A program made the position numbers and the translations under genes. A stretch of DNA of 35,500 bases from a bacterium (GTDB lineage Bacteria > Electryoneota > Electryoneia > Electryoneales > Electryoneaceae). Shown here piece after piece: positions 16,546-27,805 of the stretch. Below the pieces are notes generated by a model. The model had not been told where the DNA came from and did no database searches. It saw only the letters and a program-made list of their open reading frames with translations. The stretch lies in NCBI GenBank assembly GCA_043801585.1, contig JAZDLX010000002.1, positions 1 through 35,500 of the forward strand, in the 5' to 3' direction. Within the stretch, counting starts at the first letter, position 1, and the number at the start of each line of letters is the position of its first letter.

Positions 16546-18906
16546 TCACTCGATAAACGCCTCTTTCCACACCTCTTCGATGTGACTGACGAACTTCACC
16601 TCGAGGCCTTTGCCGACACCCTTGGGACGGTCCTCCCACTCGGGGATGTTCTCGTAGGGCATCAAGACCGTCTTGATCCCGGCGCGTTGAGCGGCCATCA
16701 CCTTTTCATTGATCCCACCCACCGGAAGCACCTCGCCCTGCAGCGCGATTTCGCCGGTCATCGCGAGGTCGCCGCGAACCTTTTTCCCGGAAAGCGCCGA
16801 GAGCAGCGCCGTGGCGAGGGTGACACCGGCGCTGGGACCGTCCTTCTTGACCGCGCCTTCGGGAACGTGAATGTGGATCTCACGGTCCTTGAACATCTTT
16901 TCGTCGACGCCGAGTTCCTTGGCTTTGCTGCGGATGTAGGTGAGCGATGCCTGTGCCGACTCCTTCATCACTTCGCCGAGCTGGCCTGTCAGGGTGAGCT
17001 GGAATTTGCCGGGCATGGTGCGTACCTGGATCTTCAGCACGTCACCGCCGACGGGGGTCCAGGCGAGGCCGATGGCGCCGCCGATCATTGGCTCGAAATC
17101 GAGCTGGCTGCGGTGATGCCGCGAGATTCCCAACAGCGATTTCAGACGGCTGGTGCCGATGGTAATCTGGCCGTTGGCCTTGCCGTTCTCCACACGCTTC
17201 CGTGCGATCCGCCGTATCGCTTTCGCGATCATCCGCTCGAGCTCACGGACGCCCGCTTCACGCGTGTACTCCTCCGTGATCTGGAGGATGGCGTCACGTG
17301 TGAAACGAAGATCAGCGGGTTTGAGGCCGTGCTCCTTGATCTGTTTCGGGATCAGGAATCCCTCGGCGATGTGCAGTTTCTCTTCGGTGAGATAGCCGGG
17401 CAGTTCGATGATCTCCATGCGGTCCTGCAGGGGCAGCGGGATGCCGTCGCGGGTGTTCGCAGTCGTCACGAACAAAACCTGGCTGAGGTCATACTCGACC
17501 TCGAGATAATGGTCGGAAAACAATGCATTCTGTTCCGGGTCGAGCACCTCGAGCAGCGCAGAGCTCGGATCGCCACGGAAATCCACAGACATCTTGTCGA
17601 CTTCGTCAAGCAGGAAAACCGGGTTGATCACGCCCGCCTTGCGCATTGACTGAATAATCCGTCCCGGCTGGCTGCCGATATAGGTCCGCCGGTGTCCACG
17701 GATTTCCGCTTCGTCACGCACACCCCCGAGACTGACGCGGACGAATTTCCGATTCAGGGCGCGGGCAATGGACCTTCCGAGAGACGTCTTCCCCACTCCC
17801 GGTGGACCGACGAGGCAGATGATCGGACCGCGCATTTTTTTGACCAGTGAAAGCACCGCAAGGTGTTCGAGGATTCGCTCTTTCGGTTTGAAAAGGCCGT
17901 AGTGGTCCTCATCAAGTATCACGGCTGCCCGTGATATATCATGGCGGTCGCGTGTTTTTTTCGACCAGGGAAGCGCAAGAATCCAGTCGAGGTAATTGCG
18001 GACGACGGTCGCCTCGGGCGAAAGCATCGGCATTCCCTTGAGCTTCTCGAGCTCCTCCTCCACTTTCTCCCGCGCGGGGGGGTTGAGCTTCACCTCCTCC
18101 ATTTTCTTCTGGTAGGCGAGGACATCTCCGAAATCGTCATCCGCCTCGTCACCGAGCTCCCGTTTGATCGCGCGGAGTTGCTCCTGCAGGAAGAAGGTAC
18201 GTTGAGAGGTGCTGATCCGTTCGCGCACCTGCCCCTCGATGCTTCGTTCGATCTGAAGCACTTCAATCTCATGGGCGAGCTGATTGGAGATCTCGACGAA
18301 CTGATCGTAGGGAGTCTGGGCCTCGAGAATCCGCTGCTTGCGCTGGTAGGGAACGTTCAGATGCGCCGAGACATAATCCGCAAGCCGTTGCGGATCCCGG
18401 ATCGAATCAAGCGAGTAGAGGAGTTCGTCCGGAAGGTTGCGGTTAAGTGGTACATACTCTCTGAAAAGGCCGACAGCATGCCGCTGCGCCCCCTCAAGGC
18501 GGATGTCCTGGCGAACGCTGGCGACGATGGGAACGAGGTTCGCCGCGAGGTAGCCTTCTTTTTCGACAGGTTCGGTGACACGAGCGCGAATGATTCCCTC
18601 GATGAGAACCTTCACCATCCCGTTGGGCAGCTTCATCACCTGAACGACTTTCGCCACGATGCCGATGCGGAAAAGGTCGTCAAAGGTCACTTCGTCCATC
18701 GCAGCGTCCTGCTGAGCGAGCAGCAGGAGCAACCGTTCGTTCATCATGGCGGCTTCGATGGCGCGGAGCGTTCCCTCTCTGCCGACGAGAAGCGGGAAAA
18801 CCATGCGGGGAAAAATGACCTGGTCACGTACGGGAAAAACCGGCAGCAACCCGGGTATCTTCGGCTGCGCCTCTTCTTCAGTGGGGAGTGTTTCTCGCTT
18901 GTTCAT
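16546..18906 (-). CDS. lon: ATP-dependent protease Lon
   Basis: LPVFPVRD N-domain, [21 protein letters not shown] (catalytic Ser), GGINEK (catalytic Lys). Confidence 0.98.
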   Translation of the reverse strand: MNKRETLPTEEEAQPKIPGLLPVFPVRDQVIFPRMVFPLLVGREGTLRAIEAAMMNERLLLLLAQQDAAMDEVTFDDLFRIGIVAKVVQVMKLPNGMVKVLIEGIIRARVTEPVEKEGYLAANLVPIVASVRQDIRLEGAQRHAVGLFREYVPLNRNLPDELLYSLDSIRDPQRLADYVSAHLNVPYQRKQRILEAQTPYDQFVEISNQLAHEIEVLQIERSIEGQVRERISTSQRTFFLQEQLRAIKRELGDEADDDFGDVLAYQKKMEEVKLNPPAREKVEEELEKLKGMPMLSPEATVVRNYLDWILALPWSKKTRDRHDISRAAVILDEDHYGLFKPKERILEHLAVLSLVKKMRGPIICLVGPPGVGKTSLGRSIARALNRKFVRVSLGGVRDEAEIRGHRRTYIGSQPGRIIQSMRKAGVINPVFLLDEVDKMSVDFRGDPSSALLEVLDPEQNALFSDHYLEVEYDLSQVLFVTTANTRDGIPLPLQDRMEIIELPGYLTEEKLHIAEGFLIPKQIKEHGLKPADLRFTRDAILQITEEYTREAGVRELERMIAKAIRRIARKRVENGKANGQITIGTSRLKSLLGISRHHRSQLDFEPMIGGAIGLAWTPVGGDVLKIQVRTMPGKFQLTLTGQLGEVMKESAQASLTYIRSKAKELGVDEKMFKDREIHIHVPEGAVKKDGPSAGVTLATALLSALSGKKVRGDLAMTGEIALQGEVLPVGGINEKVMAAQRAGIKTVLMPYENIPEWEDRPKGVGKGLEVKFVSHIEEVWKEAFIE

Positions 18907-18910
18907 GTCC

Positions 18911-20164
18911 TCACGCGCGCTTGCGGTTGCCCGGCATGTCGAGCACCGCGTCCATCTTGCCCAGCACCACGTCCTTCGTGATCAGGACACGGCGCACATT
19001 CTTGCGTGAAGGTACGGTAAACATCGGCTCGAGCATCACCTGTTCCAGTATCGAACGCAGGGCGCGTGCACCGGTCTTGCGCTCCCGGGCCATCTGGACG
19101 ATCTCGTCGAGAGCGTCGTCATCGACGATAAGGTCCACATTCTCAAGCTTGAACAGGCGTTTGTATTGCTTCAACAGCGCATTTTTCGGCTCGAGGAGAA
19201 TCTGCTTCAACGCCTCGTCGGAAAGTTCGCTGAAGGGACCAATCACCGGCAAACGACCGATCAATTCCGGAATCAACCCGTAATGAACGAGATCCTGCGG
19301 CTGAGTCTGACGCAACAGTTCGAACGTCGAAAGATCGGCCATTTTGCGGATGTCCGCACCGAATCCCATCATCCGCTTGCCGATGCGCCGTTTGACGATA
19401 TCCTGCAACCCTTCGAAGGCACCGCCGCAGATGAAGAGAATGTTACGCGTATCGATGGTAATCAGTTTCTGTTCGGGATGCTTTCGGCCGCCTTCCGGAG
19501 GAACGCTCGCCTTGGTCCCCTCCAGTATTTTGAGCAATGCCTGCTGGACACCCTCACCGGACACGTCACGTGTGATGCTTGCGTTCTGGCTTTTGCGGCT
19601 GATCTTGTCGAGTTCATCAATGTAGACAATGCCGACTTCCGCGTTGGCGACATCGTAGTCCGCGGCCTGCAGCAGTCGAACCAGCACATTTTCCACATCC
19701 TCTCCGACATATCCCGCTTCGGTCAAGGTGGTGGCGTCGGCGATTGCGAACGGCACCTGTAGCAGTTTCGCGAGAGTCTGAGCGATCAGCGTTTTTCCGG
19801 TTCCCGTGGGACCGACCAGGAGGATGTTGGATTTCTCGAGTTCAACGTCGTCCTCGATCTGGGTGCTGTTGATTCGCTTGTAGTGGTTATACACCGCAAC
19901 AGCGATCTTCCGTTTCGCCTCGATCTGGTCAATGACATACTCATCCAGCCGGATCTTGATCTCTTCCGGCGTCGGGAACGTCTCCACAGGGCGTGACTGG
20001 TGCTTGGAGGAGTTCTGGCGGATGATGTGGTCTGACGCTCGTATGCAATGATCGCAGATCATCACTCCGGATGGTCCGCTGATCATCACCTGGGTCTGGT
20101 CCGCGGTCCGTCCGCAAAAGCTGCACCGCTGATGGTTTCTGCCGGTATCCTTGTTCTCACTCAT
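18911..20164 (-). CDS. clpX: Clp protease ATP-binding subunit ClpX
   Basis: CSFC..CDHC zinc finger, [29 protein letters not shown] loop, TGARALR. Confidence 0.98.
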   Translation of the reverse strand: MSENKDTGRNHQRCSFCGRTADQTQVMISGPSGVMICDHCIRASDHIIRQNSSKHQSRPVETFPTPEEIKIRLDEYVIDQIEAKRKIAVAVYNHYKRINSTQIEDDVELEKSNILLVGPTGTGKTLIAQTLAKLLQVPFAIADATTLTEAGYVGEDVENVLVRLLQAADYDVANAEVGIVYIDELDKISRKSQNASITRDVSGEGVQQALLKILEGTKASVPPEGGRKHPEQKLITIDTRNILFICGGAFEGLQDIVKRRIGKRMMGFGADIRKMADLSTFELLRQTQPQDLVHYGLIPELIGRLPVIGPFSELSDEALKQILLEPKNALLKQYKRLFKLENVDLIVDDDALDEIVQMARERKTGARALRSILEQVMLEPMFTVPSRKNVRRVLITKDVVLGKMDAVLDMPGNRKRA

Positions 20165-20188
20165 CGAAGCCTCCCGATCCCGACTACT

Positions 20189-20815
20189 CTACTTCTTGCT
20201 CTTGCTGCTCTTGCTCTTTTCACGATCACTACCCTGGATTTTGTCGATAATGCCGTACTTCAGCGCCTCGGCAGGATCCATGAAGTGATCGCGGTCCACA
20301 TCTTTCGCAATTTGATCGACACTTTGGCCGGTGTGATGTGAGAGAATCTTGTTCAGTTTTTCGCGAGACTTCAACACCTCGCGGGCGTGAATTTCGATAT
20401 CCGCAGCCGTTCCGCGGAAACCTCCGGAAGGCTGGTGAATCATGATCATGCTGTTGGGGAGGGCCGAACGCTTGCCTTTGGTGCCCGCAGCGAGAAGCAC
20501 CGCGGCCATTGACATAGCCATGCCAATGCAGATGGTCTGCACGTCCGGTTTAATGTGTTGAATTGTGTCGTAAATCGCGAGTCCATCCGGAACCGACCCA
20601 CCGGGGCTGTTGACATAAAGGCTGATGTCCCGCTCGGGGTCTTCCGCTTCGAGAAAAAGCAACTGAGCGATGACAAGGTTGGCGATGTTGTAGTCGATCG
20701 GGTGACCGATGAAGATGATATGCTCCTTGAGCAGCCGGCTGTAAATATCATAGGCCCTTTCGCCGCGACCTGTCTGCTCAATGACCATGGGGATCAGTTG
20801 GCTCGTCGTACTCAT
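20189..20815 (-). CDS. clpP: Clp protease proteolytic subunit ClpP
   Basis: [23 protein letters not shown] (catalytic Ser), MIHQP. Confidence 0.98.
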   Translation of the reverse strand: MSTTSQLIPMVIEQTGRGERAYDIYSRLLKEHIIFIGHPIDYNIANLVIAQLLFLEAEDPERDISLYVNSPGGSVPDGLAIYDTIQHIKPDVQTICIGMAMSMAAVLLAAGTKGKRSALPNSMIMIHQPSGGFRGTAADIEIHAREVLKSREKLNKILSHHTGQSVDQIAKDVDRDHFMDPAEALKYGIIDKIQGSDREKSKSSKSKK

Positions 20816-20853
20816 GGTATTCCTTCCCTCTGGTTGACGCGGTGATGTCCGGG

Positions 20854-22149
20854 CTACCGAAGCACCTGGACGAAATCCACCTTCTTTTCCTTGAGCTTCA
20901 CACCCTCTTTCAACGCATCGATCAGCTTGCGGCCAACGATTTCGTCGGCAAGGCGCTGACGGTTGTCGCCGCCGCCGAACATCAATTTGAGATCTTTGAT
21001 GTTCGCGCCTTCGGTGCGTTGTGCATATTCCTCAATGTGTTTATCAATGTCTTCGTCCGTTGCTTCAAGCTGCAAATCGCTGATCAATTGATTTCGCAGG
21101 AAGTACCAGCGCAGTTGACGTTCCGCGTAGGGCTTGAGCTGTTCGCGAAGCGTTTCCGCTTTTACCCCTTTGCGAACATGTTCCGGCTGTTCCTCATAGA
21201 GACGGTTGATCGTGTCTTCCACCAGGCTCGGCGGCACATCGAACTCGTGTGCATTGACGATGGCGTCCACCATGCGCCCCTCGAGACGCTGATCCGCCTG
21301 GTACTTCGCGTAGTTTTCGAGTTGCTGGCGGGCGTCATCACGAAGCGCCTGCATCGTCGCGAATTTTTCATCGACGGACTGGGCGAAGGAGTCGTCCAGC
21401 TCCGGAAGCTCGATCTTCTCGACCTTCTTCACATTCACCTGCCACATGACGTCCTGCGTCGCTTCCTTGCCGCTTTCATCATGCACATGGCGGTGTGTTT
21501 TCACTTTACGGCTTTCACCGGTGACGAGGCCGACAAGTAATTCATCGCTGCCGTGGCCCAGCGTCTCCTGCCCAAGCTCGAACGCCGCATCTTCATGACG
21601 ATGCCCGATCATCGGGAGACCGCCTTCGTCCAGCTCCTGCAGGTCAGCGGTGATCCTGTCGTTCATCTCGGCGCCCTCGTCCGCGGGACGTTCCGAAATG
21701 ATGGCACGTTCGCGGCGCATTCCGGCCAAGTGACGTTCGACATCATCATCTGAAACCAGAGGAACCTCTTTTTCCACCGCGAGATCCTTCCACTTGTCCG
21801 CTTTGAACTCGGGTTCCACTTCCACAACAGCCGTAAATTTCAGGTGTTTGTCCGGATCATACTCCACATCCTCAACCGAGCCGGGCGCAACCGGTTCGAC
21901 CTTCGCCTGCTCAATCGCTTCCGGATAGACCGACTGGATGATATCCTCGGCAGCCTCGGCTTTGATCGATGCTCCGAACCGCTTTTCGATTACAGACAGC
22001 GGGACCTTCCCTTTGCGAAAGCCATCCAGTTTAGCCTCATTCTGAGCCTTCTTGAACGCTTTTTCGATGTGCGGTTTGATTTCTTCCGCATCGAGTTCGA
22101 CACGGAACTTGACAAGGATTCCCTCACGGGTAGGTGGGCTGACGTTCAC
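20854..22149 (-). CDS. tig: Trigger factor
   Basis: GFRKGKVP ribosome-binding motif and [12 protein letters not shown]; upstream of clpP. Probable GTG start at 22149 rather than 22218. Confidence 0.94.
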   Translation of the reverse strand: MNVSPPTREGILVKFRVELDAEEIKPHIEKAFKKAQNEAKLDGFRKGKVPLSVIEKRFGASIKAEAAEDIIQSVYPEAIEQAKVEPVAPGSVEDVEYDPDKHLKFTAVVEVEPEFKADKWKDLAVEKEVPLVSDDDVERHLAGMRRERAIISERPADEGAEMNDRITADLQELDEGGLPMIGHRHEDAAFELGQETLGHGSDELLVGLVTGESRKVKTHRHVHDESGKEATQDVMWQVNVKKVEKIELPELDDSFAQSVDEKFATMQALRDDARQQLENYAKYQADQRLEGRMVDAIVNAHEFDVPPSLVEDTINRLYEEQPEHVRKGVKAETLREQLKPYAERQLRWYFLRNQLISDLQLEATDEDIDKHIEEYAQRTEGANIKDLKLMFGGGDNRQRLADEIVGRKLIDALKEGVKLKEKKVDFVQVLR

Positions 22150-22416
22150 TGTTTCCGTTTCCTGCGTATTTATGCCACGTTGGCTGTCTCTATCGGAAAT
22201 GTAAAGTCCGGGCGGCAAAGAGAAGTAGGCTTAAGTCCCACCCCCCGGAGACGTTTCTGGGGATGCTGAAAAACCCCTCGGCCTTAGTGTCGGGTTTTAA
22301 AGGTCGTGGAGCAAGAGTCTGAATGTGGATTGTGCTCCGTTCGGGGAAGGTTCAATCAGGGGAACAAATCGTGTTTCCATGTGTTTTTCTAAACCGGATC
22401 CGCGAGCGCGATCGCG

Positions 22417-22854
22417 TTAAAAAACGCCACCGAGATCGTCGATCGTGTTCTCCAGCGTCCAGTCCGCGCTCGGAAATTTCCCGGCGACGGACCACCAGTC
22501 GATATCTCCGGCAGAAGGAACCCACCGAAGGAACTCTTTCCACCTCAGTGTCAGACCATCGGTGACCGCGACGATTTCTTCATATAATTCCTCATCCGTC
22601 GCGTCCGATTCCACCACCAGGCGCATCGTGTTGTAGAACATCTCTTCATCCGGGAAATCGATCTTCGCGTGCCAACGAATTGATTTCGCTTCAGGAACGA
22701 CCTTGAAGAGCTCACGCCAGCGCATATAGATCTCACGGAAATACTGGCCGCCATGCGCCTTCTTCAATCGTTCGGCCAGCAATTCGTTGGGATATTCATT
22801 GGCAACGATGATCAGACTGATCGCATCATTGAAGGGACGGTGGTCACTCATCAT
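22417..22854 (-). CDS. Hypothetical protein (about 145 aa) with an internal duplicated RW-x-E..VP-x-A..I-x-W motif
   Basis: AAAGGAG RBS before ATG 22854/22851; the longer ORF-track version (to 22995) overlaps the tRNA and is unlikely. Confidence 0.7.
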   Translation of the reverse strand: MMSDHRPFNDAISLIIVANEYPNELLAERLKKAHGGQYFREIYMRWRELFKVVPEAKSIRWHAKIDFPDEEMFYNTMRLVVESDATDEELYEEIVAVTDGLTLRWKEFLRWVPSAGDIDWWSVAGKFPSADWTLENTIDDLGGVF

Positions 22855-22956
22855 CGCTCCTTTCACCCGGACGTTCAACAAACCACGTTCATCAATCCTG
22901 CTGACAGTGGATCGAACCACGATATCAGGAGTTGATTCAGATTCCAGAAAAGATCG

Positions 22957-23038
22957 TGCGAGCGGAGGGACTCGAACCCTCACGCCACAGGGCACAAGAT
23001 CCTAAATCTTGCGTGTCTGCCAATTCCACCACGCTCGC
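22957..23038 (-). tRNA. tRNA-Leu (anticodon TAG), CCA not encoded
   Basis: GCGAGCG acceptor stem, TGGTGGAATTGGCAGACAC D-arm, CAAGA-TTTAGGA-TCTTG anticodon arm, long variable arm, GAGGGTTCGAGTCCCTC T-arm, discriminator A. Confidence 0.96.
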
Positions 23039-23374
23039 GGGTGACTGCAAAGTACGTGGTGAAGAAGAAAAAATCCACCAGTCAAGCCTCGCACCTGTAC
23101 TGATGAATCATTCGGGTCACATTCGACTTCGCCATTTCATTTGCCAGCGATATCCGTAATAATTCTTTATCCTTTTCCTTGCCGGAAAATGGATTTTTCG
23201 TTTTGCGAACTTCATTCATTCGGCTTCCAACTTGCGTTGAAGGCAACTCGTATGACTCTGTTGAACAGGCTGACGAAACCATAAGGTCAAAACAGCGCCA
23301 AGTCGAGTGACGTGTTTCCCCACTCCTCTCGGAAACGTATCTTCTTTTAAATTGCGAAAGCAACGAGGACACCT

Positions 23375-24280
23375 GTGCATCGTATCAAAGCAATCTCACT
23401 TTTCCTGCTCGTCCTGCTCTTCGCTTCAGGTTGCAGCCGGAAACCCGTACTGTCGCCGACGGCCCGGTTCCAGATGTCCATTGAAGCGCAAATGGCGTTT
23501 CAAAATGGACAGTACTCCGTAGCGGCCAACCGCTACAGCACGCTTTACACTCTCACCGGAAAGCGCCTTCACTACGCCGTGGAGGCTGCCGCAGCCTGGG
23601 CCATGGCAGGCGAGTCGGGCAGGGCGATACAGTTTCTTCACCGGGCGATTCAGGGCGGTTACCATGATCTGAACGAATTGGAATCCCGTGATGCGTTCAG
23701 CACCTTGAAAACGACTCTCGAGTGGAACGGAATTGTCAACGGTGTCAGGGAGAATGAAAAACTCTACCGTCAGCGCATCAACCTGACCCTGTACGATCTT
23801 TTTCAGGCGGATCAGGACGACCGCCGGAACCTGGATTGGGATGCACTGACCGATGACCAGATCAAAACCTGGGTGATGCGGGACCGGCAACGGATGATGG
23901 CCACCGACAGCGTCTTGTTAGCCGACAGCAGCCGACTTACTTCGGACGATTTTTTCCACGCCGCGATCATATTCCAGCACGGACCGGACTCGACCTGGTA
24001 CCACCGCGCCAATGTGCTCTGCCAACGCGCCCTCGAACTGAATCCCGACAACGAGGATGCGAATTGGCTGTATGCCGCTTCCATGGACCGTTACCTGCAC
24101 AGTGTCGGGAAGCCACAGATCTACGGAACGCAGCGGAATTTCAAGAATGGCATCTGGACTGTTGAGCCGTTCGACACCTCCGCCGTCACCGATGACAATC
24201 GCATCGAGCACGGCATCCCACCATTGGGATTCCTCCGTGCGCAAGTCGAAAACTCGAACCGGAAATCCGGAAACCAGTAG
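23375..24280 (+). CDS. Lipoprotein with TPR-like N-terminal half and DUF6624-like C-terminal half
   Basis: Lipobox FASG-C; AAAWAMAGESGRAIQFLHRAIQGGY (TPR-like); ADQDDR, AIIFQH, DRYL and QIYGTQ motifs; GAGGA RBS before GTG. Confidence 0.72.
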   Translation: MHRIKAISLFLLVLLFASGCSRKPVLSPTARFQMSIEAQMAFQNGQYSVAANRYSTLYTLTGKRLHYAVEAAAAWAMAGESGRAIQFLHRAIQGGYHDLNELESRDAFSTLKTTLEWNGIVNGVRENEKLYRQRINLTLYDLFQADQDDRRNLDWDALTDDQIKTWVMRDRQRMMATDSVLLADSSRLTSDDFFHAAIIFQHGPDSTWYHRANVLCQRALELNPDNEDANWLYAASMDRYLHSVGKPQIYGTQRNFKNGIWTVEPFDTSAVTDDNRIEHGIPPLGFLRAQVENSNRKSGNQ

Positions 24281-24320
24281 ACGATCTTGCCGCTGGAATG
24301 GAAGTACCGCTGAGATAGAA

Positions 24321-24342
24321 GCCCGGACATTTACGTCCGGGC
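24321..24342. terminator. Hairpin between convergent lipoprotein genes (REP-like, possible terminator)
   Basis: gcccggac-atttac-gtccgggc, perfect 8-bp stem without a strong U tract. Confidence 0.5.
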
Positions 24343-24374
24343 CGATTCACCCTGCACCCGCTTGAACCGGGAAG

Positions 24375-26258
24375 TTACTCCTGATACATCACCCAACTGT
24401 TACGGCCGAATTCATCCGCATATGCAAGGATATAATCATAATCGCGATCTGACGGATCATAATCATGAATGACGAGATAGAATCCCCCACCTTTTGCCGC
24501 ACATATACGAGGATGATCACCGGATAGCAGGTGGTATATTCTACTCCACATCAAGTTTCCATTTTCATTAAAAGATTCCAATCTGTTATCCACCATGGCG
24601 ACAAGATTCCCCTCAGGAGTAGGAGCGATTTGTGGAGAATAGTTAATATCAAGTTCCCGCTCCCACAGCATCTCTCCTGCTCCGCTGATCCTGACAAGTA
24701 GAACTCTATAATCCGATGTCACCAAACACATTCCAAATCCGCCGTCATTGAATGAAACAATCCTGTTTTGAACGAAATCTCCCTGGACTTCGAGGGGCTG
24801 CGATGCAATGATTTCACCATCCTCGGAAAGCTGATAACTGCGGTATTGCATGCTCGATCCATCTACCACTTTTTCTTCAGCAAGGAGATGGTATCCTCCG
24901 ACATTTTCCGCCAAGGCCACTCCGCTGATACTCACTTCTGTCCGATAAAATCTGCGCCACAGTTCATTCCCCATAGCGTCAAGTTTGTAAGAAATCAGGA
25001 AAGCTTCCGTTGAATCATGAGGCAACAGACTACCCGTGACTAAAACACCATCATCTGTTTTTACTAAGCCACCCAGTGTATTCCACCCACTCACCTGCTT
25101 TGTCAAAGTGTCACCATTTCCATCCAACACCTGGATTTCCTGGAGAGTGTCAAAAAATGTATGACTCCACAACACGGCGCCGTCAAGCGATTGCCTGCGA
25201 ATAAGGATTTTTCGGTCCAACGGTATGTAGTATTCATACGGTTCATGACCGACTACAATTTTTTCAAAAGTATGGGTGGTAGAGAAGAGTTCTTCCGAAG
25301 TTGCAGCGAAGAGTCTTGAGCCATCAAAGTAAACAGATGGTCCGATGGAAGCTTGCTGATCGTCAACCTGAATTTCATACCAGCTGTAACCGGTTCCCAA
25401 TCCTGAATGTGCACTTCCAGTTTCATATTCCTCCGTTAAAATGAATTTATCCTCGCTTAAAGGGATTAGACCCATAAACCGGAAACAAGGAGGGCCACTA
25501 AAGCAGACAAAATCGAATTTATGCTGTAGCCGATAAATCCAACCATATACTTCATTTCCAGGAGGATTGACATAGAACAGGGCATCAGGGCTGTCATAAA
25601 CCGATAACCCTGAATCCAGTACCGAAATCGACCATCGATACCATTGATACGGTTCATCAATGGACACTTCAAGTCTCCTTGATTCCAGGTTATCCGCGAT
25701 TTGCCTTTTTTCTCCATTTGCAGGACCGAAGTATACACGATACTTCAGATCCGCTGGCGCTTCATCCTCGGAATACAACCACCATTGAAGGATGATATTT
25801 TGGCTGTCGATGGTATCACCATCAATGGGGAAAATCGCTGCAATTGAATAGGGGGCGGGTTTATTGACGAGCGTTTGAAACATCCAGATATCGCTTACTC
25901 CGAGCGTTTCCGCATCGTCCGTGCCAATGACTTGCCATCTATGCCTGCCTGCAGAAATCACGGGAATATGCACCGAATCGCCATCTGCTTCGAATTCATC
26001 AAGAACGATGTCCGCAAAGCCATGGTAGAGCAGCACTCGCTCTTCGAAAGAGTCCGGTGTGATCCCATCCCGCTGCCACGATAAATCGAGTGACCAAGTG
26101 TCAAGGATGGCGCTGTCGGGTGGGATCGGCGAGCGAAAGGTAATCGGATAACCGTTTTCTGAGGGTCCCTGTTCGGACTCTGGCTGTTCACAGCTCAAGG
26201 CCGTCAACAGAAGAACGATGCCAATAAAAATCCATTGCATTTGAAAATTGTATTTCAT
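24375..26258 (-). CDS. Hypothetical lipoprotein with two Ig/FN3-like domains and a C-terminal beta-propeller-like region
   Basis: Lipobox TALS-C; twice L-x-W ... R-W-x-[VI] pattern; repeated GAVLWSH, GNELWRR, GEMLWER, GNLMWSR blades; lower GC than neighbours. Confidence 0.7.
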   Translation of the reverse strand: MKYNFQMQWIFIGIVLLLTALSCEQPESEQGPSENGYPITFRSPIPPDSAILDTWSLDLSWQRDGITPDSFEERVLLYHGFADIVLDEFEADGDSVHIPVISAGRHRWQVIGTDDAETLGVSDIWMFQTLVNKPAPYSIAAIFPIDGDTIDSQNIILQWWLYSEDEAPADLKYRVYFGPANGEKRQIADNLESRRLEVSIDEPYQWYRWSISVLDSGLSVYDSPDALFYVNPPGNEVYGWIYRLQHKFDFVCFSGPPCFRFMGLIPLSEDKFILTEEYETGSAHSGLGTGYSWYEIQVDDQQASIGPSVYFDGSRLFAATSEELFSTTHTFEKIVVGHEPYEYYIPLDRKILIRRQSLDGAVLWSHTFFDTLQEIQVLDGNGDTLTKQVSGWNTLGGLVKTDDGVLVTGSLLPHDSTEAFLISYKLDAMGNELWRRFYRTEVSISGVALAENVGGYHLLAEEKVVDGSSMQYRSYQLSEDGEIIASQPLEVQGDFVQNRIVSFNDGGFGMCLVTSDYRVLLVRISGAGEMLWERELDINYSPQIAPTPEGNLVAMVDNRLESFNENGNLMWSRIYHLLSGDHPRICAAKGGGFYLVIHDYDPSDRDYDYILAYADEFGRNSWVMYQE

Positions 26259-26352
26259 TGTTAATCCCCGGTGAGATACTATGAAATAAAGAAAAGCAGG
26301 TGTTACGTCCTCCTATAAAAAACGTCGGATGCAATAAGTCTAAGTGGTCTTT

Positions 26353-27408
26353 TCACTTCTTTTTTCGTTCCTGCTGTTCGCTGGGGGTCTCCTCCCCCTC
26401 GTGCTCCTTCAGAAACCGCTCCAGCGTCTCCACTTCGCTGCGGCTGCCCATGAACAACGGCACTCGCTGATGAAGTGTTGTTGGCTGCACATCGAGGATC
26501 GGGATCTTTCCGTTGCTGGCGTAACCACCCGCTGTTTCGAGCAGGTAGGCCATCGGATTCGCCTCGTACATCAGGCGCAGCTTGCCTTCGGGAGCCCCTT
26601 TCTGCCCCGGATAAAGGAAGATTCCGCCATAAAGCAGGTTGCGATGAAAATCGGCGACCATTGATCCGATATACCTCGCGGACATCGGTTTTTTCAACCC
26701 CTCTTCACCAAAGCCTTTGCAGCGGTCCACATAGAGCTGGACACCCCGTGACCACTTGTGGTAATTCCCTTCATTCACCGAAAAGATGCCGCACTTTTCA
26801 GGAATTTTCAGGTTCGGGTGGGAAAGAATGAAGGTCCCGACCGAGGGGTCCAGCGTGAATCCGTGCACGCCATTGCCCGCCGAATAGACCATCATCGTCG
26901 AAGAACCGTAAAGCACGTAGCCCGCCGCGATGATGTTTCTACCGGGTTGAAGGAAATCCTCCATCGTCCCCGGACCGCCGGGATTCGAGACACGATGGTA
27001 GATCGCGAAGATGCTGCCGATGGAAACATTGGCATCGATATTCGAGGAACCATCCAGCGGGTCCATCAATACCACGTACTTGCCGCTGTTCGTGTACGTC
27101 GGACCGAGGATCAAGTCCTCATCCTCTTCGGAGGCCATGGCACAGACGAGTCCTGAATACTTCAGGATGTGCTTGAACAGGTCATTCGCGTACACATCCA
27201 GTTTTCGAACCTGTTCGCCCTGGACGTTCATTTCACCGGTAAATCCGGAAATCTCGTCGATCAGTCCGGCTTTTTTCACCTCCCGGCTGATGACTTTCGC
27301 CGTCAGCACGATTTCATCCATCAATGCACTGAAATCGCCGGTGGCCTGCGGAAATTTTCTCCTCTCAATGCCAATGAACCGCGTGATGGTGATGAACTCC
27401 TGTGGCAC
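26353..27408 (-). CDS. fbp: Fructose-1,6-bisphosphatase class 1
   Basis: NVQGEQVRKLDV, ASEE, DPLDGSSNID, RYIGSMVADFHR, GKLRLMYEANP; GTG start with GGAGGA RBS. Confidence 0.97.
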   Translation of the reverse strand: MPQEFITITRFIGIERRKFPQATGDFSALMDEIVLTAKVISREVKKAGLIDEISGFTGEMNVQGEQVRKLDVYANDLFKHILKYSGLVCAMASEEDEDLILGPTYTNSGKYVVLMDPLDGSSNIDANVSIGSIFAIYHRVSNPGGPGTMEDFLQPGRNIIAAGYVLYGSSTMMVYSAGNGVHGFTLDPSVGTFILSHPNLKIPEKCGIFSVNEGNYHKWSRGVQLYVDRCKGFGEEGLKKPMSARYIGSMVADFHRNLLYGGIFLYPGQKGAPEGKLRLMYEANPMAYLLETAGGYASNGKIPILDVQPTTLHQRVPLFMGSRSEVETLERFLKEHEGEETPSEQQERKKK

Positions 27409-27687
27409 AGATCCTCCTTACCCGGTTATTCCCATCATCGTGATCCGCATCCCTCGTTGACTCGAGCTCGAACCTTGGCAAAATAGTGTGCCCACTCACG
27501 GTGGGCAATGAGGTACTGCTCTCTCAACAAGACGATCAGAATATTGTGATTATTGCAATTAAAAACGCGCCGATCGTGAATTTCAATCGACGCTCGGGAC
27601 AATTCCCGGCTGGCAGGCAGCCGGGCCACACATCGGCGTTCGGAAATTCTATCATCCTTGAGACACCGAAAGGCCACAAAAACATTC

Positions 27688-27785
27688 ACAGGATGGACAG
27701 GATAAACAGGATAGTTAAAATCGGAAATAAGCTTCACCCTTTTTGGACACGATCATGTCCATCCTGTTTATCCTGCCCATTCTGT
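27688..27785. repeat. Inverted repeat built from 9-bp periodic units (ACAGGATRR ... ATCCTGTYY)
   Basis: Left acaggatggacaggataaacaggat (27688-27712); right atcatgtccatcctgtttatcctgcccattctgt (27752-27785); 39-nt spacer. Confidence 0.78.
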
Positions 27786-27805
27786 TATTCTTTTCATCTT
27801 CCTGA

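Noticed and set aside
22220..22415. Possible 6S RNA or riboswitch upstream of tig
   Set aside because: No long closing stem with central bubble and no aptamer consensus that I could recognise.
23082..23372. 96-aa minus-strand ORF upstream of the tRNA
   Set aside because: No motif or RBS support; it occupies the divergent promoter region between the tRNA and the lipoprotein gene.
27476..27495. Sigma-54-like motif upstream of fbp (GGCACACTATTTTGC, minus strand)
   Set aside because: GG-to-GC spacing is 11 rather than the required 10.
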